Both the position numbers and the translations under genes were made by a program. The notes beneath the pieces were generated by a model that was given only the letters and a program-made list of their open reading frames with translations, did not search any database and was not told the origin of the DNA. DNA of 63,996 nt, counting the filler, from Sphacelaria rigidula (taxonomy: Eukaryota): NCBI GenBank assembly GCA_964200075.2. It is 3 parts of 3 records of this genome, joined end to end, with 100 filler letters (N's around TTAATTAATTAA, not from the genome) between each part and the next. Parts side by side here need not be neighbours in the genome. Positions count along the whole stretch, not along the records: positions 21,498 to 42,860 come from CAXNAA020000428.1; 2 more parts are not named here. One strand, 5' to 3'. Positions within the stretch are counted from its first letter, which is position 1. Each line of letters opens with the position of its first letter. This document shows, piece by piece, positions 26,901 to 38,900 of this stretch.

Positions 26901-29900
26901 TCAATGCAGTCGCCCAAGTCATGCAGCGTCACGCACAGACAAACATCCTCGGGATGCAGGTGATCCTCTTCGATCGCCAGCTTTCGCCTTAACAGCACCT
27001 CCGCCTCCGACATCTTTTTCTCCTTTCGAAGACACTCGCTCAGCTTTCCCAGGGTTACGGCAACCTTCGTGTGCGGGTACGAGGGTTACGTAGTGAACAC
27101 TTAGGGGACATGATTGATAATTGCACGGGAACCTTCTTCGTCGGAGCGCAGGTGACTCGACCTCCACGGAGAAGCCGTGGATCAACGATCAACAACACTC
27201 AACTGTCGGCGAGAGCCCGATGGCCAACCTCGACGATAGAGCAAACATGCCAAGGCATGTTGTACACGATATACGCAGAATGGATTGAATGGGGAAGTGA
27301 ATTGTGATACCCATAATAATGTTTGATCGATACGGGCGAAGTACGACAAAATGCAACCCGTCACGCACAGGACAGTATCCACATTATAAATAATAGTGAT
27401 ATACGCTGCCACACCAATGCAAACGCGAGGATCTCAGGATGTCAGCATGGCAGCAAACAAACCGAAATCACTCCACTCCCAGTCCGTTTTGTGCACCTCA
27501 TCTCACCTCCATCAGATCACGCCCCCTCTTTATGCATCATACATCATAATGCACCATCATACATTATGGGGGATTGGTGCCATGCCGGGGGGTAGATAAA
27601 TATGAATATAAAGGTAAAGATAAGGATAAGGATATATGCTCACATGCTCTGGTGAAAATCTCAGCGTCTTTGTACCATCCGTACCTTGGGGTGGGCAACT
27701 CCAAGTTTGTTTTCTTGTATGGCGAGCGCCCTGCGGAGGAGATTCCCTGCCGAAGCCGAGTCGCGCACGCAGAGGGCCAGCTCGAAAAGTGTGCTAGCCA
27801 CGCGCATAGCATTTGCTCCTAGTTTGGTCTCTCTGATGGCTAGAGCTCGCCGCAAATGAGTCTCCGCTTGGGACCGCTGCCCTGCTTCTCTCAGACATCG
27901 CCCAGTCTCAAACAGAGTGAGCGCCAGCCTGACTGCATCAGGGCCCAGCTCTGCTTCTCGAATCGCCAACGCTTTGGCAAAATATTGCTGCGCGTCACCA
28001 GGTCGCCCCGCTTCTCTCAGGCACCTCCCAAGTTCGTGGAGAGTTACCGCGAGGTGGACCTCATCGAGCTTCTTTTCCTCAATGGCCAGCGCTCTTTTGA
28101 ATAGGACTTCCGCCTCACCAGGCCGGCCTGAGCCTCGCACACACCACGCGAGTTCGTGAAGAGTTATGGACAGTTGAAGATCGTCTGGATCGAGTCTTTC
28201 CTCCCGGATACGAAGAGCCTTTCGACAAATCCCCTCCGCCTCTCCAGGCCGTCCCATCTGGTCGTCACGCGTAGTCATAATCATGCATAGTTGGGCGTTT
28301 GCAACACCGGGAGGATTGAGTAAAAAACAACGTTTTCATGGACGTGACAAGCTCACTCGTGCCATCTCTGCTACTTTGTGTAGGGCTCTGAGATATACTC
28401 CCTCCCCTCCCCCGAAAGGGATGCGCGGTCAATGATCAAACGACCGAGACAAGCAAGGTAGGAGTAAGCCGCCCCCTGCCCCCACCCCCGGAAGGGAAAG
28501 GGGAGGGGACCCAGCGGCCCGAAGCAAATACACTAAGGCCAAACCGGAAACGGGAAGAACAATCAAGCAAGGGAAAATAGAAGTAAAAACGGCGGAGAGA
28601 GAACAATAGATAAAAGGAGACTGGATAATAATTGGGAAAGGAAGTTGAGAATAGGATCGTGGAACGTGTGTGGATTCGCCACAGACGAGCGCAAAAGAAT
28701 AGAGATGGCCCAACAAGTAAGTAAACGTGACCTAGATAAATTGGAAATACAAGAGTCATGGGAGAAAGAGAGGGTGGAAATAGGATGCAAGGTTGAAGAG
28801 TATGCACGGGTAGGGAAAAAGTGGAAGGGATAGAAGCCCAAGAGTAGGGGAGCGGGGGGGGTAGGATTCTTAGTCAAGGAATACCTGTGGCAGAATAGAA
28901 GTGATCGACGACACCAAATTCGATGAGAGCATATGGATAAGGGTACCAGGAGAGCGGGGAACGAAGTATTTCTTCGTATGGAACATCTACATGCCCTCAG
29001 AATGGAGGGGTAGGGAACACGATATACAGCGGAGGTTCGGAGAGATAGCAGCAGATGTACATACGTATAGTGGGAGATTTCAATGCAAGGGTTGGAAAAG
29101 CAGGTCAACCGGGTGATATCATTGGGCAATACGGGAAGATAAAAAGAACACGAATGGCGTAGAAATGCTCAAGTTCCTTGAGAATGACGAGATCAAGACG
29201 CTGAACGATAAGGCACGAAAACCAGAGGCGCAATGGACATGGACTGGAAAATACGAAGACGAGAGAGAACGTTCCGTTCTTGACTATATAGTGGTAAAGC
29301 ATGGTTAAATAGTTAAGAAATGGAAGTACATGTATGCGCGGAGGGCGTGGGAACTACAGATTATTGCCATATATGGACAAAAAGGCAACATACGAGAGCT
29401 CGAACAAATAGGCGGGCGGGGTCGGAAGTTGTACAAATGAAGAATCGATGGCCAAAAATGCAGCGAAATCTTCCGAGCTGTTGAATAGCGTAGGTACAAC
29501 TGATACCGAAATGGGAAGGGATCGGGTAGGGGCGAAGATTACTCAAGGATGGGAAGAGTTGGTCAAGAACACAGCGAGTAAGGTCATAATGAAGAAATTG
29601 ATCGTATACGACAGAGCAGCAAAAGGTGGGACGAGGAAGTAAAAGGCTATAACAGTAAGGAGCGAGATCCACGCAAGATATACGGAGTAAAACTACGGCA
29701 GAGTGGGAGGAATACACCCAAGTTCGAAAGGGCGTAAAAAATATGGTAGAGAAGGAAGAGGAGGGAGTATGGGAAGATGTAAGAATAAAACAAATGTGTG
29801 TAGGGATAGAGAGGATAATGGGAAATCAGGTAGGAAAGATGGACAAGTGCATTGCTACACTCCGGGCACAGAACGGTAAAATGGTCAGTAGTTCGAAGGA

Positions 29901-32900
29901 GAAGAGAGAAGTGCTAGTCGAGCACTACCGTAAACTAGGAACACCAAAAACGAACACGAAGTTCGATACGGAATTCGAAGCAGACATCAACGGGTGGGCA
30001 GAGGCTAATGTAGAGGCGTCAAAACTGGAGGATAGTGGCTCCACAGAATAGCAGAGAGAGTGTACCAGACACGAAGTGAAGGAGTGTGTAGCGAAACTCA
30101 AGAAACAGAAATGCAGCAGGGGTAGAAAAAATATAGTGGATAAACCTCTAAAGTACGGGGAGAGGGGATGATAACGATGGTGGCTATGCTGTATAACTGG
30201 ATCTGGGAAAACGACAACACACCTACGAGGTGAAGAAAGGGAGTAGCAGTCAACCCCTTCAAGAAAGGAGACAAGGCTGACCCAGGGAATTATAGAGGGA
30301 TAACGCTGCTGAGCACGGTAGGGAAAACATTGTGTAAGGTTCTGAACGTTAGTGGGAACGACGCTAGAAAAATAAGTCAGCGAGGGGCAAGCAGGTTTTC
30401 GACTAAACAGTACTTGCGTAGATCATGTGTACACGCTAGGTAAGATTATTCAAGGTACGAAAGGATTCGTGTTCGTGAGTATCCGTGCGAGCGACGAGAC
30501 ATGGAACATTGTAAGACAGGAAGGGTACGGGCTACACCAAGCTACACCATGCTACACCAAGACGGCACGTGTATGACCTAGCCAAAAAATAAAAATACAA
30601 GTGATGAGAACCCCCCTACGGTTGCACCTCTCTCACTACTTGCTCACTAGATACTATACACATCGTGACAAAAAATCATAACTATGACGTCATCAGATAC
30701 CTCACTCGATGCTGCGGTACTATACAGTTGTCGTACTGCCAGCTCACCTCGCGGATACATCTCGCAAGCTCATGCAAAGTCAGTGCCACTTGAAGATCCT
30801 GCGACCCGAGATTTGCCCCTCTAACAGCCAGCGCTCTCCTGAACAAAATTTCCGCCTCGCCCAGCTGCCCCATCTCTCGAACGCAGAGCCCGATCTCATG
30901 TGTCGTGAACGCCACCTGAACGTTGTCCGGACCGAGGTTTGTCTGTTCGATCTCGAGCGCCCGCCGAAACGACACCTGCGCAAGCTCAGGCTTTCCCAGC
31001 TCCCAGTCACACCTTCCAAGCTCGTGGAGTGTGACAGACACCACCATGTCACTAGGACCGAGCTTTTTTTCCCTGATTGCTAGGGCTCTCACAAAGTACT
31101 GCTTGGCATCGGCCGGGTTCCCCGCCTCGCGGACACATCTACCGAGCTCGTGGAGGGTCAGAGCGACGTGTACATCATCACTTCCCAGCTTGGCCTCTCG
31201 AATAGACAGCCCCCTCTGGAAGAACTTCTGGGCAGAGCCAGGGTCGCCGCTCTCTCGAAGACAGATGCCGAGCCAATCCAGAGTGACCGCTACCTGCACC
31301 GGCGGCACCCCGCCCAGAGACAACTTGGCCTCTTCTATCTCCAACACTCTCGCGAAATACTGCCGAGCGTCTGCCGGGTGCCCCGCCTTCGTGTAAGACG
31401 AACAACACAGCGATAATATCCAAGAGCTCAAACGAACATCGGATTTGGTTCGCGCACGAGGGGCATCGTCCTCTTTTATCGCCATCGCCATCGTCATTTT
31501 TGTCGACAGCATACGGGACGAGCAAATATGACTGCCACTCGCATCACATGAAAATAAATTGCACGCGTCTGTCTTCTTGCAATGTACAGCTCGGAGGAGT
31601 CACGGAGTAGATTATGTTCCTTCTCCCAGCTGGATGTTACGCTGAACGAGGAGTGTCTCGAACTAACACGGGAGCGCGAAGCTAGGACGCTGAAACAAAA
31701 ACGCCTGCACCACGCCCAAGGATTATCTCCCGCACACGACTTCCGTGTCTCGTGTTTAATTTTGGATCCGCTGACCACGCGGGCAGCATACATATACAGA
31801 ATCTGTGGCCTGCAGGTCCAGCATGCTGTGCTAGCATGTCGTACGTTTGAGGGGAGGAGAAGGATACGACTAATTCTCGCGGCCTTGTGGGCTAGCATAT
31901 GAAGCCTTTCAAGCCTTTGGACCAATCACACCCTGGATAATCACGATGGATCACGTTGTAAAAAGTGTACTGCGTACAGTATGGAGTATTTTGTCAATTA
32001 GACGCAATAGAATATGCAGTACGCAGTACTCTCTTCGAAAGTGTAAATGTATTGCATTGTCATCATCCAGGGTGTGCTTTCTTTGGGCTAGCCCAAAACC
32101 AAAAGGGGTTCGAATTAAGTGTGCATGCTCATCGTCCCCTCACCTCCCATACGCATCTTCCGAGCTCGTAGAGCGTAAAAGCCACCTGGGCACGACGGCG
32201 CGAACGGACGGCAGACAGCAGCACAAGATAGACAGCAGGCAGCACAAGATAAGAAACAAGTAGCATCAAGTCAGCACCCAGCATCCTTCATCAAACAATG
32301 CTCCCGCCGTTCAAGACTGCATACTGTACTGTGATAGCATGCCCATACCACAGGACCCATCTTAAAGCTGCGGAAGGAGTACTCGTACTCAAGTTCCCAA
32401 ATGTGTCAACATGTGTCGAGATGTGAGTGACGACAATCCGTGCCGTTTTGACTTTATTTTTCCTACCTGCCTTTTGCTTTCATACGACACTTCACGACAC
32501 TCCGACAGGAAGTGCCATACATATCCATCATCAAGTAGTACCACACTCGGAGCTATATTCCGTGAAGATCGGAAATGGTTTGTCTAACCATTAACCACTT
32601 AAATCGTACATAGTGTGCGAGCCAAACAGCCCCACCCCAGCAAAGGGAGCCCCGCTGAAGGAGCCGTGCCGGAGGCGCATTTTGACGCGATTTGGCTTTA
32701 CTAGAGCTAAAAATGCGTTAAATTTGGGACAATTTTTAAGTGCAAAGGCATAGCGCACTTGGCTCGGAATTTCGGTTTGAAAAAAATAGCCCATTTTAAA
32801 AATTTTAATCGAAAAAAAATAGGACCGTCTTTTCTCGTCTGTTTAATTTTTTGATCGAAAGAAAATATAACTGAAGTGCGAGCCATCGATGGTCAAGGCT

Positions 32901-35900
32901 GGCCGCGAGCTCAAGCCAGGCAGCGTGGCAGAGCACCATGGGTGTGCTGTGCACCGCCTGGAGTCGACAGCGAGAATACACCTAAAGCCTGGTGGTCCGT
33001 CCTCCTCGTACGCTTAATCTTGTCTCAAGTCTTCAGTCGGTGTACCTTCTCCTCAGGGGGAGTCCTCCCCCGGTGGCTGCGGCACATGGTGAAACACCCA
33101 TGAGGCAGTGTGTAAGACGTGGCTGTCTCTGGAAATGACAGAAAATAAAGCAACTCATTTGAGACTGTCATCCAAATGCAAGAAAATCAGTAGGCTTCGG
33201 GTCGAACAATCTTAGCAGGATGCAGCTCATCCTTCATGCGACTCGCCTAACAAACACGGCGCTTCGCGCTTGGTGANNNNNNNNNNTGGTCTTATGACTA
33301 TGGCATGCATGATCATGAGTACACCCCCTCCTCCGGTGGCTGCGCTGGTGCCGGCTCAGACGCTTTCGCCCCCGCGTGATCTGTGCTGTCACCGCTGCCA
33401 TGTTCTGAGCCCAATAACATCGCCGATGGCCTCCGTGGTGGGGCGGGGGTTGCGCTCTGGCATGTCCTCTGCGTCTCTTTGTGCGCTGGAGTGTGTCCTG
33501 CAGCCCAGGACTGCTGCTGCATGTTGTGTATTGTCTGCTGTAGCTGTGTGCTGTATGTGGCATACGTAGCCAGTAACGGTGAATAATGGTTTGAAAACCA
33601 TTATCCATTTTTTTCATATAACCATTACCATTATTGCCATCATGCCACTACCATTATTGCCATCATGGAGATAATGACCAGTTAAAACTGGTACCATTTC
33701 CGGGCTCTAATATTCCGAGCCCCAACCGGGGAGGGGTGCTTTGAACACCTTCAAAACGCGCGCTTGTTCGAGTTGACAGATACAACGCAGTCAAACCCCT
33801 CACTCAACGGTAGTGAAAAAAAACAAACAGAAACGTATCATGTACGAAGTATCATGTATTATGTATCATTTATCATGTACCGGAGAAAGGACGGACAGTG
33901 CAGCGCAGTACAGTACGATACAACCCAGTACAGTGTTGGTACCGTAGATCGAGCGAAAATAACCGCGGGTTGATGAATTGAAAAAATCGAATTGATGTTG
34001 GTGTTTGTGTTGGTGACTAAAGAAACAATGAAAAGCAGCTTGTGCTGCGAAATTGCCTGTGGACAGCCGCGCATCCCGGAGGGAGAAGGTATGATAGGAA
34101 TATATACTGTTAATACTCTACATATGACGTCACTCAATCACCTAATCGGTCGGTGCCTCAAGAGTACCTCCAACCGTTGACCGCGTAGATTTTTGGATCT
34201 TTACTGAAGGAGCATTTGCATATCAAAGTCAAGTAATCGACGTCCACATTGGTATACATGGACTCAAAATGACTTTCTCCGCAGCCAAGGGGTTCATTGA
34301 GCGACTCCTCTGCCAGTTTCGGAGATTTTGATTCGTGTTTGGCCCCAAGAATTCGGGGGGGGGGGTGAAGAGGGAAGCTACGTCACCGTTAGACTCCGTC
34401 AGTAGTTGCCGTTCTCACCTGGTCGCTGTCCCGTCCTAGCTTTGCCTCCTCAATCGCTAAAACTCGCTGAAGCAACCCGATTGCCTCTTCGGCGCGCCCG
34501 GCCTGTGCAACCAGGATTCAGGAAGAGTACGCAGAGCATGGAAAAGATCAAGAGCATCAACAGCAAAAGTTGTCACGGAACGAAATGCTTGTGGATGCTG
34601 ATGACCAGGATCCGGATCTACATCTGACTCAAATACAACTACACACCTATTCGAACCTGCAAAGTCAAGCCCATCGAAAAAAACTTGAAGCCACCAAGGG
34701 TCTCATTTTCTCACCTCCCACACACACCGTCCAAGGCCATAGAGCATAAAAGCCACCTGGCCATCGTCAGACGCCTTCTTGGCCTCTTCGATCTCCAGCG
34801 CCCTTCGATAAAAAGGCTCCGCCTCCTTCGGCCGGCCGTCTTCGCGTATACACCGCCCCAGCTCGTAGAGGGTTACGGCAACCATGACGTGGAACTCTCC
34901 AAGCCTCGCCTCCTCGATCTCCAGTGCCAGCCGGAAGTGCTTTTCGGCCTCCGCTGCTTGCCCCTTCTCGCGCATGCAGCAGCCAAGCATGTGCCTCGCA
35001 AAGGCAACCCGGGGATGTTCTGGACTCAGTTTGGCTTCTTCCCGGGATGCCAGCGCTCGACGGCACAACGATTCCGCCTCTTTATTCCGCCCTGTTGTAC
35101 TGGAGCAGAGGGCCAGGATGAACAGCGAGGAGACATAATCTAGGCTGCTCATAGTGGTCGTATCGCCCGCAGAGTCAGATCCAGATCCAGAGCCATCGTC
35201 CTGTTTCCATCGGTCCATGGATGGGTCGTCCAGAATTCCTTCCAGCTGACGACGCAAGTGCGCTTCCTCCTTCTCTCTCCCACTACTGGCGACACTGTCA
35301 ATGGACACGCGCAGAGCACTCGCCACGTGGAGGAGACCCACTGTCCCCGGGGCGGCTTTGTGCGCATCTAAAACCCTCTGCATTACCTTCGCCGCCCCTT
35401 CGTGGTCACCTTCCACCTCGTGCAGCAGCGCAACCGCTTCCACCGAGGGAAGGTACGTGGCGTCGCTCTTGTCTAGCTTGGCAAGAGCCTTCTCGTAAGG
35501 CCGACTTCGACGCCACCCGTCGCCACCCACGCGCTCAACAGCGTTCCACAATCTTACGAGAGCGAAAACGTCGTGCGAGATGGTTGCTCTCAGGGAGGAA
35601 ATGTGCTCGGTCCACCGGGTGATGACCGCCTGGCGCAAGTCTTCTCTTTGAAGGAGGCGTTCCCTGGCGTCCGCAGCGCAAGCCTTTGGCAAACTGAACG
35701 TTCCCTTCCCTCGGGCATCCAAGACGCCCCAGTGTTCCAGGGCCGCGACGGCTGCCTCTAGCGCCTGTTCGTTATCGCCAGTACTGGCAATCGTTCCGCG
35801 GTCATCCACTACGGCCTCATTGTGCACAAGGGCGTACACATCCTCCATACTGAAAACATGCTCGTCGGGCATAATGGCGGCGGCGAGATACAGATCCTGC

Positions 35901-38900
35901 TGCGTGCTGTTTCCTTGCCCGAGAGCCAAGCCAGTCAGGAAAATAGCAACTCGCCGCATAGTGTCTTCACTCCTAGTGCGGCTATTTGGATTCACCTTTG
36001 GCCTGACCTTCGCCTTGCTTGCCCGTGACAGCTCTTGCCGGATTTGTGCAGCGGCTTCCGACCATAACCTCTCATCGGCGCACCTCCGTAGATCGCTCCA
36101 CCTCGCCACGTACTCCAGATCCAGGGGCGAACGGCCACAGAGCTCGACCAGCTCACCCGCCGCTGTGGGAAGCGGGTGCGGAACCTCTGCAGCATTTCCA
36201 AGCAAGGCGTACGCCTCTTGTTGCGAGAGTTTGTCCACTAGCAGGGGCTTCCCATCCACTTCAACCACCAAGTCGAGATATCTGGTCGTCATCAAAATCC
36301 AAACTCCCGTCTTCTGCAGTTCCGCCACCACTCCTCCATCACAAACGTCGTCGGCTACGACGAGACACTTGTTCTTTCTCCCTCTTGTGCCATCCACAAC
36401 ATCCCCAACGTATTCCAGCAGCTGCTCCGACCATGTGGGCGTGGGAGCGGGTCCGACCTCGCGCGGTGTACCCTGTTGACTTTGGCAGCTCATGGACACG
36501 TGCTGGATGAGCGCGGGAAGGCGATCCTTGGCATTGACGCCGATGCTCAACCACACGATGCCGTCGCAGAAAAATTCCAGCACCTCCTTGCTCCTCACGA
36601 TCTGCGAAGCAACGGTAGTCTTGCCCGAACCACTGTCCCCCACCAGTCCCAGCACCTGCGGTCGTCCATCGCCCCTGAAAGTGTCGTACACGCTGTCAAT
36701 GATGTCACTTCGCTCCACGTGCCAATCCTTCCGAGCTGGCGTCTCGTAGGTGGGCGCGCCCGTGGAGCAAGAGCTTGCCGGCACCGCTTCGCCCTGCGCG
36801 TGCATCTGCGTGTAGTGTGGTACGTCGCCACCGAAGTGAGGGCGGATTGTTAGGAGTGTTACAGTATTCGAAATTTCAAATTTCCGAGAAACTTCCCATA
36901 CCCACAAAGTGGTGAACCAACCTCGTCGTCAACCAGAGGAACACAGCACACCGCACGAGGAAATGGCGCGTGACAGTACAACGGACCAACCCTGGGGCTG
37001 TACTGTGCCTTCTCGAAACAAGATAAAAATCTGTTCGCACACAGCACACAGACTTCTGCCCACGACGACCACTCAGACGAGTCTGTGCCTCGATGCAAGC
37101 CATATCTGCGCACAGCTTCGAAATGTGATGGTCCCAGCAGTGGTGACCGGTCCAACGTCTGTGTGCTGGATGGTGTAGTAGAGGAAAGACGCCACAAGGA
37201 AGCACATCACCAATAACACCTACACCTACACCTACACACCGAGCACCGAAAAAACACACGCAAATACTCACCATACTCGCCATTTACGCAAAATTACTCC
37301 ACCGCTGACCCTTTTTATTAGTCATCTACCCTCTGCACACAACAGTCTTCGTCTCTGTCGGAAATCCGTTCATTATCGGAGAAGGGTGGCCGCGTGCATG
37401 TCGATCTCAACCAAAATCGAGCCGTTCGCAACTTGAATGTGTGCTTGTTTTAGGTTTTCTCCTTGGAATCTGACCAAATCGACTACATAAAGGCACAACG
37501 TGCTCAGGTGATCAGCAGCTACGACTTGAGTAATGTGTCTCTTGTTCGCGGGGGTAGTGAGGACTGAGGACTGGGGCCCCCACTTTGGCGTGTTGTTTTG
37601 TTGGCTTGTGTGTCGCATCTTTGCACATGCCCCGCGTTCATGTTCCCCTTCGAGCTTACAGATTGTCAGTTTGCGCTAACAGATTTTTGAGAAAATAGAT
37701 TTTTCTGCCTAGGTGAGACAAGGGCTAAGGGCCTGGGGGCATGTCTTATATTTTTCATGACCAGCAAGAACAAGCGGCGGAATTGAGAAATTCGGATCTG
37801 ATAGGTCCACGTAATTCATGTTCCTAATTGCGTCACTTCATTTTCTTTGTTTTTGTGCTTTTTTTTTCGAAAAGGTCTACAACAACAGTGCCGCGTCTTA
37901 GCACACCATTTTTCGACAAAAAAAGTGCCATGGAAAACAAGAATTTCGATCTGATAGGCCGTGATTTCAACGGCAGTCAACATAAATTACGATCGTTAGA
38001 ATTTTCCCCTATGAGATCGGGGTTTTTCTTTTCCGCCGCACATTCTCCATCGAAAAATGATGTGATAAGACTTGCCCTAAGGGCGCCCTAAGGGCGTGTC
38101 TTAGCACCCTTTTTTTTTCGATCGAAAAAGTGCGGTCGATTTTTTTTCGCCGATCTGATAGGTCCACCACATTTATGTTCCCAGAAGGCTTCAACTCAAA
38201 CTTATCACTAGCGGCGCGCGGAGAAGAATGCATCGAGGTAAAAAACAATTGTTTTCGATCGAAAACATGCGGTCGAAAGGCACAAAGCGGCACTTGACTC
38301 CTATCTTGCAGACCACCACGCCAGATAACACCTGTTCACAGGACCATGCAAACCCCATCCAACTTAATCTCAGCTAGCACTGTAACCCTGCAGCATAGAG
38401 CTTGAGATGAGCCCACAGATAGATACACTACAGTAGTTGGTTGTGCTTTGTTTGTTTTTGTTGGCGAAAACTTGCGCATCTTCTCTCATGGTAGGGACCA
38501 GCGACGGAACTGCATGGTACGGTGGGCAACCGAGTTGCGCGCACGCTCATGGACAGTGCAGGCAGCACAAAGCTGCACGTTGCTAAAGTCCTCTTCACGT
38601 CGCATTGTAAGCAGAGAGAGCTGATGGTCCTGGGCTGTCTGCACTGCACGTTGCCCGCTTCTCTCTGATACCCTCCTGAACGAAACACGCACACACGCCA
38701 CACTGCTTGCAAGTAGTGCAGACGGTACAGAGTGTCTGTACTGTAGACGAGTGACCATGTGCCGTTTCACGAATTTCACTGTATTTTATCAATTGAAAGC
38801 TTGAAAATCCATCTGGACCCAACTGCATCAAAACGAGAAAATTTCGCTGAGATCGATTCCATCACCCTATTTTTTCGATCGATAAAAAACAACTGCGAAG

